64,000 nucleotides of DNA, taken from NCBI GenBank assembly GCA_964582375.1, contig CAZORL010000001.1, forward strand, positions 13,769 through 77,768, in the 5' to 3' direction. The position numbers were made by a program, and so were the translations under genes. Origin of the DNA: an uncultured Lachnospiraceae bacterium (GTDB taxonomy: Bacteria; Bacillota; Clostridia; Oscillospirales; CAG-272). Positions 50,225-60,442 of the stretch are shown piece after piece (position 1 is the stretch's first letter; each line of letters starts with the position of its first letter). The notes beneath the pieces were generated by a model. The model had not been told where the DNA came from. It saw nothing but the letters and a program-made list of their open reading frames with translations, and ran no database searches.

Positions 50225-52414
50225 ATGATAAAGCTCACAGACCATAAGGTTGCATATAATAACGGTACTTTCACCGCTCTGCCCGACAATGCCGATATGA
50301 CCGCGCGTGACCGCACGATCGCATGGCACATCCTCTCCGCACACAACACTGCCGCAGATCAAAGTGATCTGAAGATCAAATTTGACATGATGGCATCCCA
50401 CGACATCACATATGTCGGAATCATTCAGACCGCGCGCGCATCGGGACTTACAAGCTTCCCGATCCCCTATGTCCTCACCAATTGCCACAATTCACTTTGC
50501 GCAGTCGGCGGCACGATCAATGAGGACGACCACGTCTTCGGACTTTCGGCTGCCAAAAAATACGGCGGAATTTTCGTACCCGCACATCAGTCGGTCATAC
50601 ATTCGTATATGCGAGAGTGCGCGGCAGGGTGCGGTAAAATGATCCTCGGTTCGGATTCACATACCAGATACGGCGCACTCGGCACTTTGGCTGTCGGTGA
50701 GGGCGGACCAGAGCTTGTAAAACAACTTCTCGGACGCACCTATGATATCGCACGTCCCGAGGTCGTTGCAGTGCATCTGACAGGCAAGCCTCGTGCGGGC
50801 GTCGGACCTCACGATGTCGCGATCGCACTTGTCGGCGCAACATTCGCGAGCGGATTTGTAAAGAATCGCGTCCTCGAGTTCGTCGGAGACGGAGTTTCGG
50901 CTCTTTCGATGGATTTCCGCTCCGGCATTGACGTTATGACTACCGAAACGACCTGTCTGTCCTCGATCTGGGAAACAGACGAAAAAACCAAAGCATATCT
51001 CGAGCTTCACGGCAGAGGGGATGAATATAAAAAGCTTGCCCCCGAGGAGGGTGCGATCTACGATCGACTGATCGAGATCGATCTTTCAACAGTCGAGCCA
51101 ATGATCGCTCTTCCTTTCCACCCGTCGAACGCCTATACCATCCGCGATTTTCTCGCAAACGCCGACGATCTTCTCGCAAATTGCGAAAAGACAGCACATG
51201 AGACACTCGGTCTGCCCGAGGGTGCGCTCGATCTTCGCTCAAAGTTTAGAAACGGTTCGCTGTTTGTCGATCAGGGTGTGATCGCAGGATGTGCGGGCGG
51301 ATCTTATGAAAATCTTTCTGCGGCAGCTGATATTCTGTCGTCTGCCTCGATAGGTGACGGCAGTTTCGGACTCTCTGTTTATCCCGCATCTCAGCCGACA
51401 CTCGTCGAGCTTATAAAAAGCGGCAGAGCGGCGACTCTCGTCGGTGCGGGAGCGATACTTCGTACAGCATTCTGCGGACCTTGCTTCGGCGCAGGCGATG
51501 TCCCTGCAAACGGCGGATTGTCGATCAGACATTCGACCAGAAATTTCCCGAACAGGGAAGGCTCAAAGCCCTCCGAGCGGCAGATCGCGGCGGTCGCACT
51601 CATGGATTCACGCTCGATTGCGGCAACTGCGGCAAACGGCGGCAAGCTCACCCCCGCTGATGAACTTGACGTGAAATATACCGATCCCGACTATCACTAC
51701 GATGACAGTGCATACAAAAACAGGGTTTACAACGGATTCGGCAGACCCGATCCCGATCGCGAGCTTGTGTTCGGTCCGAATATCGCCGATTGGCCCGAAT
51801 TTCCCGAACTTCCCGATAAACTGCTCGTCACACTTGCCTCGGTCATAACCGACCCTGTGACCACTACCGACGAGCTGATCCCCTCGGGCGAGACCTCGTC
51901 CTATCGATCAAATCCCGAAAAGCTTTCCTCCTTTGCGCTTTCCCGTAAAGATCCCGGGTATGTCGATCGTGCGAAGACCGTCCGCGAGCTTGAGAAAAAA
52001 CGCAGACTCGACCAAACAAAGGATAACGATATCGCCCTTGCCACAGCCGTCTGCGCGGTAAAACCGGGTGACGGATCGGCAAGAGAACAGGCGGCATCCT
52101 GCCAGAGAGTGCTCGGCGGCATCGCAAATATCGCAAACGAATACGCAACCAAGCGTTACAGATCAAATCTCATAAACTGGGGTATGCTTCCACTTGTCAC
52201 CGACCGTCCCATAGACAGCTTCAATGTCGGCGATCAGCTCCTTTTTGAGGGACTTCGCGAGGCTGTTGCATCGGGTGCAGATGTCATTAAGGCATACATT
52301 GTCTCGGGGAATGAGAAAGAGGAGATATCCTTCTCACTCGGCGAGCTGACAGAGGACGAGCGCGATATTATTCTCGCCGGCTGTCTTATCAATTATTACA
52401 GGAAAAATTCGTGA
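50225..52414 (+). CDS. Aconitase-family hydratase (YbhJ-like)
   Basis: [37 protein letters not shown]. Confidence 0.9.
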   Translation: MIKLTDHKVAYNNGTFTALPDNADMTARDRTIAWHILSAHNTAADQSDLKIKFDMMASHDITYVGIIQTARASGLTSFPIPYVLTNCHNSLCAVGGTINEDDHVFGLSAAKKYGGIFVPAHQSVIHSYMRECAAGCGKMILGSDSHTRYGALGTLAVGEGGPELVKQLLGRTYDIARPEVVAVHLTGKPRAGVGPHDVAIALVGATFASGFVKNRVLEFVGDGVSALSMDFRSGIDVMTTETTCLSSIWETDEKTKAYLELHGRGDEYKKLAPEEGAIYDRLIEIDLSTVEPMIALPFHPSNAYTIRDFLANADDLLANCEKTAHETLGLPEGALDLRSKFRNGSLFVDQGVIAGCAGGSYENLSAAADILSSASIGDGSFGLSVYPASQPTLVELIKSGRAATLVGAGAILRTAFCGPCFGAGDVPANGGLSIRHSTRNFPNREGSKPSERQIAAVALMDSRSIAATAANGGKLTPADELDVKYTDPDYHYDDSAYKNRVYNGFGRPDPDRELVFGPNIADWPEFPELPDKLLVTLASVITDPVTTTDELIPSGETSSYRSNPEKLSSFALSRKDPGYVDRAKTVRELEKKRRLDQTKDNDIALATAVCAVKPGDGSAREQAASCQRVLGGIANIANEYATKRYRSNLINWGMLPLVTDRPIDSFNVGDQLLFEGLREAVASGADVIKAYIVSGNEKEEISFSLGELTEDERDIILAGCLINYYRKNS

Positions 52415-52492
52415 TGATAACAAAAATGACTTGACAGATATCGAATGTTTGTGTATAATATAGTCAAATACATTCGAAAGGATGACTTTTGT

Positions 52493-54112
52493 ATGAAAAA
52501 ATACATAGCCCTTCTTCTTTGCCTTGCGGCACTTTCGATGTCTGCTTGTCAAACGACTGTCCCACCGAGCGACAGTGTTTTAACAACACCTCAGACAGCG
52601 GCGACTAAAGAAACGCTTTGCGATCTGTCCGAATATAAGATGATTTTGACAGGCGAGCGGATCGATCGCACAATCACGGCTCTTGCGGCAGATCTCGCAG
52701 GTGATATTATGAGCGTGACAGGAAAAGAGATCGAGGTCGTCAAAAACGGCTCGGGGGGTGCGGATGACGCTAAAGAAATAATTGTCGGTCAATCGACAGT
52801 CGGTGTCGATGCACTCACTGCGGCAGGTTATACCGACGGTATCGCCATTATCAAAAAGGGAAATAAGATCTATGTCTACGGAACAAATAACGACGCACTT
52901 GTCGTTGGATTTAGGAGGTTTATTGACGATATGGTAGTATATGAAAACGGCAACGCTCTCTGCAGTGCCAACGGTAGTACACTTGTAGATATGACCGGCA
53001 ATGAGTTTTTGCGCGTCGGCAACAGAGTGTTCAGGACCGACCTCAAGTCGGTGGTCTATGAACCCACCAAAACAAAGCCGAATGTCACCCTCACATATCC
53101 GAAGATAGTCGTGCTCGAGCATAGCGGCGACAATAACGGACAAATACTTGTGACCGAGGAATCGCTCGATCAAGATTGCTACCTCGTGCATAGAAGTACG
53201 GACGGCGGCAAAACATGGAAGATAACCTCGCGCATCCGCTCGGGCGAAAAGGGAATGGTCGCCAATTGGCAGCCGTTTATATATGAGCTCCCCTGCGATG
53301 TCGGCGATATGCCTGTGGGCACGCTCCTCTTTGCAGGATGTGTCCGCGACGAGGCAACAAGTAAGCTTACGCAAATGGTTATTTGGAAAAGCACCGATGT
53401 CGGTAAAAGCTGGGAAAAGATCGCGACCGTGGCTGAAGGCGGCGGAATTGACGCAGGACTTTGGGAACCCGTCCTCTATGCCGAAAATGGAAAGCTGCAT
53501 TGCTTCTATTCGGATGAGACCGATAAGAAAAACCATAGTCAAATGCTCGTTCTGAAGATCAGCGAGGATGGCACAAATTGGGGCGAGCGCATCGAGGTCG
53601 TCGCTTGTAAACAGCAGAGCCTTCGCCCGGGAATGCTCACACTGACAAAAATGGGCAACGGCGAGTATTTCATTGCTTATGAGATTGTCGGTATTGACGG
53701 TAATCCCATCTACTCCAAGACTACAAAAGATCTCTCCGATTGGAGCGACAGCGGCGATCGCGGCACTCCGGTCGCTACATCAACAGGCCTATCGTTCGGC
53801 TCGTCCCCTGCCTGTGCGTGGACTCCGGCAGGCGGCGAAAACGGTACGTTGATCGTCACAGCAAAGCATCCCGTCGGCGGAAACTCGAGTACGGGCACCG
53901 ATTGGCTCGTCAGCTTCGATTACGGAAAAACTTGGAAGAATATGGACAATCCGCTCCCGTATACGCTCACCGATGCACATAGATACGCCTACTCCCCCGG
54001 ACTCTTCGTTACCTCCGATGGTAGCGTGTACTATGTAAACGATATCAATTGCACCACCCCGGGGCTTGAAAATAAAGCAAGCGTCACCCTTGCGCACATC
54101 ATAATCGAGTAA
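52493..54112 (+). CDS. Lipoprotein with BNR beta-propeller, GH93-like glycosidase
   Basis: MSAC lipobox; Asp-boxes STDGGKTW, STDVGKSW, SFDYGKTW; QPFIYEL, WEP, YSDE, RPGM; TTGACA-17-TATAAT at 52431-52459. Confidence 0.75.
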   Translation: MKKYIALLLCLAALSMSACQTTVPPSDSVLTTPQTAATKETLCDLSEYKMILTGERIDRTITALAADLAGDIMSVTGKEIEVVKNGSGGADDAKEIIVGQSTVGVDALTAAGYTDGIAIIKKGNKIYVYGTNNDALVVGFRRFIDDMVVYENGNALCSANGSTLVDMTGNEFLRVGNRVFRTDLKSVVYEPTKTKPNVTLTYPKIVVLEHSGDNNGQILVTEESLDQDCYLVHRSTDGGKTWKITSRIRSGEKGMVANWQPFIYELPCDVGDMPVGTLLFAGCVRDEATSKLTQMVIWKSTDVGKSWEKIATVAEGGGIDAGLWEPVLYAENGKLHCFYSDETDKKNHSQMLVLKISEDGTNWGERIEVVACKQQSLRPGMLTLTKMGNGEYFIAYEIVGIDGNPIYSKTTKDLSDWSDSGDRGTPVATSTGLSFGSSPACAWTPAGGENGTLIVTAKHPVGGNSSTGTDWLVSFDYGKTWKNMDNPLPYTLTDAHRYAYSPGLFVTSDGSVYYVNDINCTTPGLENKASVTLAHIIIE

Positions 54113-54127
54113 TTAAAGCAATATGTA

Positions 54128-54164
54128 AAAAAGATCCTCAGGCTCTCCGCTTGAGGATCTTTTT
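54128..54164 (+). terminator. Intrinsic terminator
   Basis: AAAAAGATCCTCA...TGAGGATCTTTTT. Confidence 0.8.
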
Positions 54165-54233
54165 CGGGGAAAGAAAGGAATACCATAAAATGCGAAATCT
54201 GACCGTGTCGGCAATCGAAAAAGAGTTTTGACG

Positions 54234-54391
54234 CCTCATTTGTCGCCCTCGGCGACGCCTTCCTCCACCGGGAAAGCAATGGTGATTGATCATCTCGGCA
54301 GTTGAGATGTAAAAAACAAAAAAATATTGTTTTTTCACCAAAGCATAGCGAACAAGCGCTTAGATTAGCCTTCGAGGACGCCGTCCCTACA
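54234..54391. repeat. Degenerate REP-like palindromic elements
   Basis: Double hairpin at 54234-54277 and GAGGACGCCGTCCCTAC (ends in CTAC, the reverse complement of GTAG) near 54374-54390. Confidence 0.35.
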
Positions 54392-54656
54392 CGGCGGGAG
54401 ATCTATCCATTTGTTTTAGTGGTCGATATATTATCAATCAAACCGCCAAAGATACAATTGGCGGAAACACGAATTAATTATCGTTTCCTCGGTAGTGGAA
54501 GGTGCCGAGCTTGCAAGGCGGATGAGGCGTTTTCTTTGAATTTTTGATATTTCTGCAATATTGTTGCATGACGATCAGACCAATGAAAAATCCCCGTTTT
54601 CATTGGTCTTTTCGTGGTAGATTTTTGTCTGAAATTTTGACTTTGCCAAAAAGCTA

Positions 54657-54803
54657 TTGACAAACGGATAATATAGTGATATAATGATCACACAAGAACC
54701 GAATTATACCGCATAATAGTATGTAGTACAGAAAAAGCATTAGCAGAAGTACACTAAACCAACCTATTATCTCACAAGAGCACCGCTTTTTGGCGGTGCT
54801 CTT
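54657..54803 (+). ncRNA. Candidate sRNA unit (promoter, ORF-less body, hairpin) convergent on sigE
   Basis: TTGACA-17-TATAAT at 54657-54685; no SD-led ORF; AAGAGCACCGC/GCGGTGCTCTT hairpin at 54776-54803. Confidence 0.45.
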
Positions 54804-54810
54804 AAAAATA

Positions 54811-55509
54811 TCACATCATCTCGCTCATTTCTTCTCTCAGTCGGTCGATGATCTTCTTTTCGAGTCTCGAAATATAGCTTTGCGAGATGCCGAGTAGGTC
54901 GGCTACCTCTTTTTGGGTCAGCTCGTCGCCGCCGCTGAGGCCGAAGCGGAGTTCGATTATTTGTCTCTCGCGACTGTCGAGTCTTGATATCGCACTGCGG
55001 ACTGCGCGGCGTTCTTCTTCACTTTCGACTCTGCGATAGACACAATCCTCGTCGCCGCTCAGAATATCCGAAAGCAGCAGCTCGTTGCCGTCCCAATCGA
55101 CCTTTAGCGGCTCGTCGATCGATATTTCGTGCTTGCCTTGACCTTTGCGCAGGTACATAAGTATCTCATTTTCGATGCATCTTGACGCATATGTGGCGAG
55201 TTTTATGTTTTTGTCGGGATGAAACGTGTTGATCGCCTTGATCAGCCCGATCGTGCCGATGGATATCAGATCCTCGATCCCGACGCCCGTATTCTCGAAT
55301 TTTTTCGCGATGAATACGACAAGCCGCAAATTTCGCTCGATAAGTTGTTGCCTGACCCTCGGCTCGTCGAGACGCGCGACCAGATCCGCCTCCTCCTTGG
55401 CAGACAGCGGTTTCGGAAGATAATCTGCACCGTTTATGTATGCGCAGAGCCTGCCGCCCTTTATTATCCCGAGCATCTGAAGCAGTTTTACAAATCTGTT
55501 TTTTGTCAT
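54811..55509 (-). CDS. sigE: Sporulation sigma factor E (pro-SigE)
   Basis: [50 protein letters not shown]; downstream of spoIIGA. Confidence 0.95.
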   Translation of the reverse strand: MTKNRFVKLLQMLGIIKGGRLCAYINGADYLPKPLSAKEEADLVARLDEPRVRQQLIERNLRLVVFIAKKFENTGVGIEDLISIGTIGLIKAINTFHPDKNIKLATYASRCIENEILMYLRKGQGKHEISIDEPLKVDWDGNELLLSDILSGDEDCVYRRVESEEERRAVRSAISRLDSRERQIIELRFGLSGGDELTQKEVADLLGISQSYISRLEKKIIDRLREEMSEMM

Positions 55510-55532
55510 TGCACTATCTCCAATCATTTTTG

Positions 55533-56384
55533 TCAGGATAAAAGACAGGACGGAACGATCGCCGCATGCCCCTCAAAGCTCTCCGACACACCGTCGGGGC
55601 AGGCGAGTGCCGCACCGACCTCGCGGTCGTTTATCTCGACTCTTTTGGCTATGTATCCGAGCGTCATCCCCTCGCCTGACGGCGTTTGATATGGGATCAG
55701 CCGCACGCGCCATCCGAATGTGTGAACGTCAATGTTACCACGCCTTATCTCGGGCGGAAAAAGGCGATCGGCCGTCTCGGCGTTAACGATGATCACCGGG
55801 AGTCCGCCGAGCGGATCGGTCAGCAGATTGCCGCTGTCAACAAGCCCGTCAAACTCATGCGTGATGGTGTCCGATTCGACGCGGACGGTCACGACCGATA
55901 TCTGCCTGCCTCTCGATGTGACTCTGCCCCAAATGATCGCAATCAGCCCACAGATCAGTGCACAAAGCGCGAACACCCACAGCGGAATGTCGGCGTAAAG
56001 ATCCTCGACCCTGCCGTTTATCAGCACATCACGGTCGCGAATGAGCTTTCCCGCAAAATAGTATATCGCACTCATGGATCCGCCGCTGAGAAACGAGACG
56101 CAGTAGAACAGGAAGACTCGCTTTATGTATGCTCGCAGACTGCCGAATCCAAACGCGGCAAAGCAGACGGTCAGCGAAGCAAGGATGTTGGTGACGGCTT
56201 GCAGAAACTCATATTTCTGCGGCAAAAGCGACACAAGCGCATACAGTGCACCGATTGCCGCACCTATGCACATTCGCACAAGGCGTACCTTGTCGTGTGT
56301 CAAAAAGGTCAGGATGTACAGGCTGAGAAAATCCATGCTGAAGTTTATAAGTATGTATATATCGCCGTAGATCGTTTGGCTCAT
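55533..56384 (-). CDS. spoIIGA: SigE processing aspartic protease
   Basis: [14 protein letters not shown], five TM segments, [10 protein letters not shown] catalytic motif. Confidence 0.92.
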   Translation of the reverse strand: MSQTIYGDIYILINFSMDFLSLYILTFLTHDKVRLVRMCIGAAIGALYALVSLLPQKYEFLQAVTNILASLTVCFAAFGFGSLRAYIKRVFLFYCVSFLSGGSMSAIYYFAGKLIRDRDVLINGRVEDLYADIPLWVFALCALICGLIAIIWGRVTSRGRQISVVTVRVESDTITHEFDGLVDSGNLLTDPLGGLPVIIVNAETADRLFPPEIRRGNIDVHTFGWRVRLIPYQTPSGEGMTLGYIAKRVEINDREVGAALACPDGVSESFEGHAAIVPSCLLS

Positions 56385-56401
56385 GTGCTCACCTCGTCAT
56401 C

Positions 56402-56435
56402 ATTTTAGCACCCCATGTGCGCAGGATCTGTCGAA
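56402..56435 (-). promoter_or_regulatory. spoIIG-type Spo0A-activated SigA promoter
   Basis: Perfect 0A box TGTCGAA at 56429-56435 (reads TTCGACA on the gene strand), 21 bp upstream of TG-n-TAAAAT. Confidence 0.7.
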
Positions 56436-56463
56436 TAATGACCGCACAAAACAAATACAGAAC

Positions 56464-56499
56464 AAAATCAGCAGAAGGGTTGAACCTTCTGCTGATTTT
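56464..56499 (-). terminator. aro operon terminator
   Basis: AAAATCAGCAGAAGG-GTTGAA-CCTTCTGCTGATTTT. Confidence 0.8.
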
Positions 56500-56507
56500 G
56501 CATATGA

Positions 56508-56936
56508 TCATATTTTGTTTGAAAGGTAAACGATCGCCTCTTTGTAGCCATCAAAGCCCTTTCCGATGATCGTTTTTTCGGCATATAACGAGACATACGA
56601 AAAATTACGGAAGCTCTCACGCGCCGACACATCCGACAGATGGACCTCGATCGTCGGGATCGCCACTGCTTTCAGCGCATCGAGGATCGCCACCGATGTG
56701 TGTGTGTATGCGGCGGGATTGATCACAATACCGTCAAAATTACCGTGTGCCGACTGTATCATGTCAACGATCGCGCCCTCGTGATTGGATTGATAAAACT
56801 CAACATCGACGCCCTGTTTTTCTGCGACCGCTCGGCAAAAATCGACGAGATCACCATAAGTTTGCCTGCCGTAGATATCAGGCTCACGAAGCCCGAGCAG
56901 ATTGAGATTCGGACCGTTTATAATAAGAATTTTCAT
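56508..56936 (-). CDS. aroQ: Type II 3-dehydroquinate dehydratase
   Basis: INGPNLNLLGLREPDIYG, NPAAYTHTS, EVHLS. Confidence 0.96.
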   Translation of the reverse strand: MKILIINGPNLNLLGLREPDIYGRQTYGDLVDFCRAVAEKQGVDVEFYQSNHEGAIVDMIQSAHGNFDGIVINPAAYTHTSVAILDALKAVAIPTIEVHLSDVSARESFRNFSYVSLYAEKTIIGKGFDGYKEAIVYLSNKI

Positions 56937-56950
56937 GTTTTTCCTTCCTT

Positions 56951-58189
56951 TTATACGTTTATCGGTAAACGATCAAACATTTCGCGTATTTTGTCGGCTG
57001 TCTCCTCGGCACTCTTGCCGCTTACCTTGAAGTCGCACGCCTGCCTGTACAGGGGTGCGCGTTTCTTGTACATTTCGTGAAGTGATCCGACAGCGGAGAG
57101 CGGTCTTCCGTTTGTCGGAAGGCTCGATATCGGTCGCTCAATGAAAAATACGATTGAATTACGACGGATGACAGGGATGTTTTCGGGCACTGTAACAACG
57201 CCGCCGCCGGTTGCGATGACTCTGCCGCACATCGATCGGCAAATATCTGCCGTGACCGCACTCTCTATCTCGCGAAATCCGTGCTCGCCGCGTGCCTTGA
57301 AGATATCGGGGATGCTCATGCTTGCCATCCTCTCGATCTCGGCATCAATGTCAACAAATTCGCGATCGAGTTTTTTTGCGACGATCCGCCCGACTGTCGT
57401 TTTGCCGCATCCGGGCATTCCGATGAGAACTATATCGCACATCGAACGATCAAGCTTTCCTATGATCGACTCGACAATGTCGCCGCTCTGCTTTCTGCCG
57501 AAAAATATTTCGTCAGCTCGCACTGCCTGTGCGGCAAGCATGGGGAGACCGCCCGAATATTTTATGCCGAGATCGGTTGCATCGAGAATAAAGTTGGTTC
57601 TTCGCGGATTGTAGATAAGATCGATTGCGGCATAAAGTGATGAAAAATCCGACAGTCTGATCGGCGACTCGTCAAAGTGCGGATACATTCCGACGGGCGA
57701 CGTGTTAACTATAACCTGTGTATCGGCAAGATATTTTGCACGTCCGACCTCGGTGTTGTCCGCGTGCCTCAGCACGCTAACATCGCCACCGAGTTTGCCA
57801 AACACGGCGCAGACGGTCGCGGATGCTCCTCCCGAGCCGATAACAAGACATTTTTTACCCTTAACATCGATATCCGCCCGACCCAGAAGATATTCAAATC
57901 CAAACGCATCGGTGTTGTCACCGTAGAGCCTGCCGTCGTCGAGCTTTACGATAGTGTTGACGTTGCCGAGTGTTCGTGCCGTCTCGGAGAGCAGATCGCA
58001 GGCGGCATATGCGACCTTTTTGTAGGGAACCGTGACATTCACCGCACAAAAGTCGCGATCTTTGAAGAACCTTTCGATCTTGTCCTTCTCGACCTCGATG
58101 AGCGTGTACTCGTTATTTCCGAGCATGGAATGTATCATCGGCGAGAGACTGTGCGAGAGTTTTTCGCCGATCAAGCCGTATTTTGCCAT
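56951..58189 (-). CDS. aroE-aroK: Shikimate dehydrogenase-shikimate kinase fusion
   Basis: HSLSP, NVTVPYK, NTD; then GMPGCGKTT, FREIE, ATGGG. Confidence 0.92.
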   Translation of the reverse strand: MAKYGLIGEKLSHSLSPMIHSMLGNNEYTLIEVEKDKIERFFKDRDFCAVNVTVPYKKVAYAACDLLSETARTLGNVNTIVKLDDGRLYGDNTDAFGFEYLLGRADIDVKGKKCLVIGSGGASATVCAVFGKLGGDVSVLRHADNTEVGRAKYLADTQVIVNTSPVGMYPHFDESPIRLSDFSSLYAAIDLIYNPRRTNFILDATDLGIKYSGGLPMLAAQAVRADEIFFGRKQSGDIVESIIGKLDRSMCDIVLIGMPGCGKTTVGRIVAKKLDREFVDIDAEIERMASMSIPDIFKARGEHGFREIESAVTADICRSMCGRVIATGGGVVTVPENIPVIRRNSIVFFIERPISSLPTNGRPLSAVGSLHEMYKKRAPLYRQACDFKVSGKSAEETADKIREMFDRLPINV

Positions 58190-58203
58190 AAAGACCCCTC
58201 CGC

Positions 58204-59349
58204 TTATATTTGTTCGAGATATGTTCCGAGATATTTGAAATAATCCGACTTGGTCTCAAGTTCCGAAAGCAGGGCCGGGAGATTATTCGAATACATCGAT
58301 TCCTCTATGTCGAAGTAGAACATAAACCCGAAATCACTGCCCGGGATCGGTCGGCTCTCGAGCTTGATCAAATTGACGCCTGATGCTTGTATCGCCGACA
58401 TGATCGAAAAGAGCGAGCCGCGACGGTGGGGAAGTATCATCATGACGGACGTTCTGTTTGATCCGGGGAAGATCATCGGATTTGCCGCAATGCAGATAAA
58501 GCGTGTGAAATTGCCGTCGCTGTTTTGTACGCTTCTCGCAAGCGTTGACAGTCCGTAGATCGACGCACAGTGAGCGGCGGATAGGGCAGCTTTGCTCTTG
58601 TCACCCGAAAGAGAGACCATTTTTGCCGCAGATGCCGTGTTTTCGTAAGGAATGACCCTGACACCGTCAAGCGATGCCAAAAAGTTTGAGCATTGATCGA
58701 TAGCCTGCGGATGCGAATAGATCTCTTTGATATCGCTTATCTGCGCACCCTGCGGTGCGAGAAGGTTGTGATCGATCTTGACCCTGACCGAGCGAACGAT
58801 CTTTGCATCATGATCGGCGAGCAGATCGTAGATATGATTGACAGAGCCTGCCGTTGAGTTTTCGATTGGAAGAATGCCGAAATCAGCACATCCTTTTTCG
58901 ATCGACTCGAAAACATCGTCAAAAGACTTGACAAATGTGATGCTCGGCGATGTGAACAGCTTTTCAGCTGCCGCCTGCGAGTACGCGCCCTCACTGCCTT
59001 GGCAGATCACACGCGCATTTTTGGGGAACATTTTCGGTGTCGCATCGATCGCACGCGCAAAATCACCGCTTGTCTTGCCGTCTCCCATGACGGAATGTTG
59101 GTATCTGCGCGAAAGATCCATCACGGTTCGATAGAGCAGATCGGCGTATTCGCCAAGCTCTTCGCCCGCTTGCGACGAGACACGTTCAAGTACCGCACGC
59201 TCGCGTCCGCCGTCAAAAACGGCGATCCCGTTTTCCTTTTTGTAATTTGCGACATCGAGTGCGACATCCATTCGCTTTACAAATAGCTCGACAAGCTTTT
59301 CGTCAATGTCGTTTATTTCATGTCGAAGTTCATCAAGATTTTTACTCAT
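58204..59349 (-). CDS. pheA: Chorismate mutase-prephenate dehydratase
   Basis: LDELRHEINDID CM domain; PIENS, SHPQA, NFTRF, ESRP ACT domain. Confidence 0.93.
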   Translation of the reverse strand: MSKNLDELRHEINDIDEKLVELFVKRMDVALDVANYKKENGIAVFDGGRERAVLERVSSQAGEELGEYADLLYRTVMDLSRRYQHSVMGDGKTSGDFARAIDATPKMFPKNARVICQGSEGAYSQAAAEKLFTSPSITFVKSFDDVFESIEKGCADFGILPIENSTAGSVNHIYDLLADHDAKIVRSVRVKIDHNLLAPQGAQISDIKEIYSHPQAIDQCSNFLASLDGVRVIPYENTASAAKMVSLSGDKSKAALSAAHCASIYGLSTLARSVQNSDGNFTRFICIAANPMIFPGSNRTSVMMILPHRRGSLFSIMSAIQASGVNLIKLESRPIPGSDFGFMFYFDIEESMYSNNLPALLSELETKSDYFKYLGTYLEQI

Positions 59350-59369
59350 ATTTATAAATTCCTTTGCTG

Positions 59370-60440
59370 TTAAAAGAGATAATCGGCAAGCACTATCGCA
59401 CATACTGCTTCAACGACAGGGACGGCACGCGGAAGAATGCATGGGTCATGTCTGCCGCCGATCGATAATTCACGCTCGGTCATTTGGCTGATCGACACGC
59501 TCTTCTGTGTCTGTGCAATCGATGGTGTCGGCTTGATCGCTATCCTGAATACTATCGGCATACCGTTTGATATTCCGCCCGATATTCCGCCTGCATGATT
59601 TGTCGGGCTGACTATTTTTCCGTCATTTATGCGGTAGCTGTCATTTGAGATGCTGCCTGTCATATGTGAGCTGCCGAATCCCTCGCCAAATTCCACGCCC
59701 TTGACTGCGGGGATGGCAAACAGCGCGGTCGATAGTCTGTTTTCGATTCCGTCAAACATGGGGTCACCAAGTCCTGCCGGAAAGCCGATCGCACCGCACT
59801 CGATCACCCCTCCGACCGAGTCGCCGACCGCTTTCGCAGATTCGATCACACCTATCATTTCATCTGCCGCATTCTGCGATCTGACAGGGAAACCCTCGCA
59901 TCTTGTCGCAAGATCGTCAGCCGAAAGTCCTGCCATATCATATGGGGTGTCTTTGATGCCGCAAAGATCAGAGATGTGCGCACCGATATGGATGCCACGC
60001 CGCTCAAGAATTTGCATAAGTATTCCGCCGGCTATCGTAAGCGGTGCTGTCAGTCTGCCCGAGAAATGACCGCCGCCGCGCCAATCGCGATGCTCCCCAT
60101 AGCGAAGATACCCGGTAAGATCTGCGTGCCCGGGTCGCGGACAGTCCTTTAGCTCCTCGTAATCGGATGATCTCGTGTCGGTGTTCCTTATGATTGCCGT
60201 AAGTGGCGCACCGCAGGTGTATCCGTTAAAAAGTCCGCTGACTATCTCTGCTTTGTCGCCCTCGCGCCGCTTGGTCGAATAGGTAGCCTGTGAGGGCGCA
60301 CGGCGTGCCATAAATGCCGCCAGTGCGTCAAGGTCAATTTTTTCTCCCGACGGAAGACCGTCTATAACAACGCCGATCGCCTCGCTGTGCGATTGACCGA
60401 AAATCGATATTTTTATATTTCTGCCGAATGTTGATGACAT
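59370..60440 (-). CDS. aroC: Chorismate synthase
   Basis: GQSHS, PRPGHAD, KPTPS, GRHDPC. Confidence 0.96.
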   Translation of the reverse strand: MSSTFGRNIKISIFGQSHSEAIGVVIDGLPSGEKIDLDALAAFMARRAPSQATYSTKRREGDKAEIVSGLFNGYTCGAPLTAIIRNTDTRSSDYEELKDCPRPGHADLTGYLRYGEHRDWRGGGHFSGRLTAPLTIAGGILMQILERRGIHIGAHISDLCGIKDTPYDMAGLSADDLATRCEGFPVRSQNAADEMIGVIESAKAVGDSVGGVIECGAIGFPAGLGDPMFDGIENRLSTALFAIPAVKGVEFGEGFGSSHMTGSISNDSYRINDGKIVSPTNHAGGISGGISNGMPIVFRIAIKPTPSIAQTQKSVSISQMTERELSIGGRHDPCILPRAVPVVEAVCAIVLADYLF

Positions 60441-60442
60441 AA

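Noticed and set aside
54190-54231. 13-codon ORF MRNLTVSAIEKEF
   Set aside because: Very short, SD poorly spaced, directly after a terminator with no promoter
56951-58189. AroE-AroK fusion as a novelty
   Set aside because: Such fusions are already known in Clostridia
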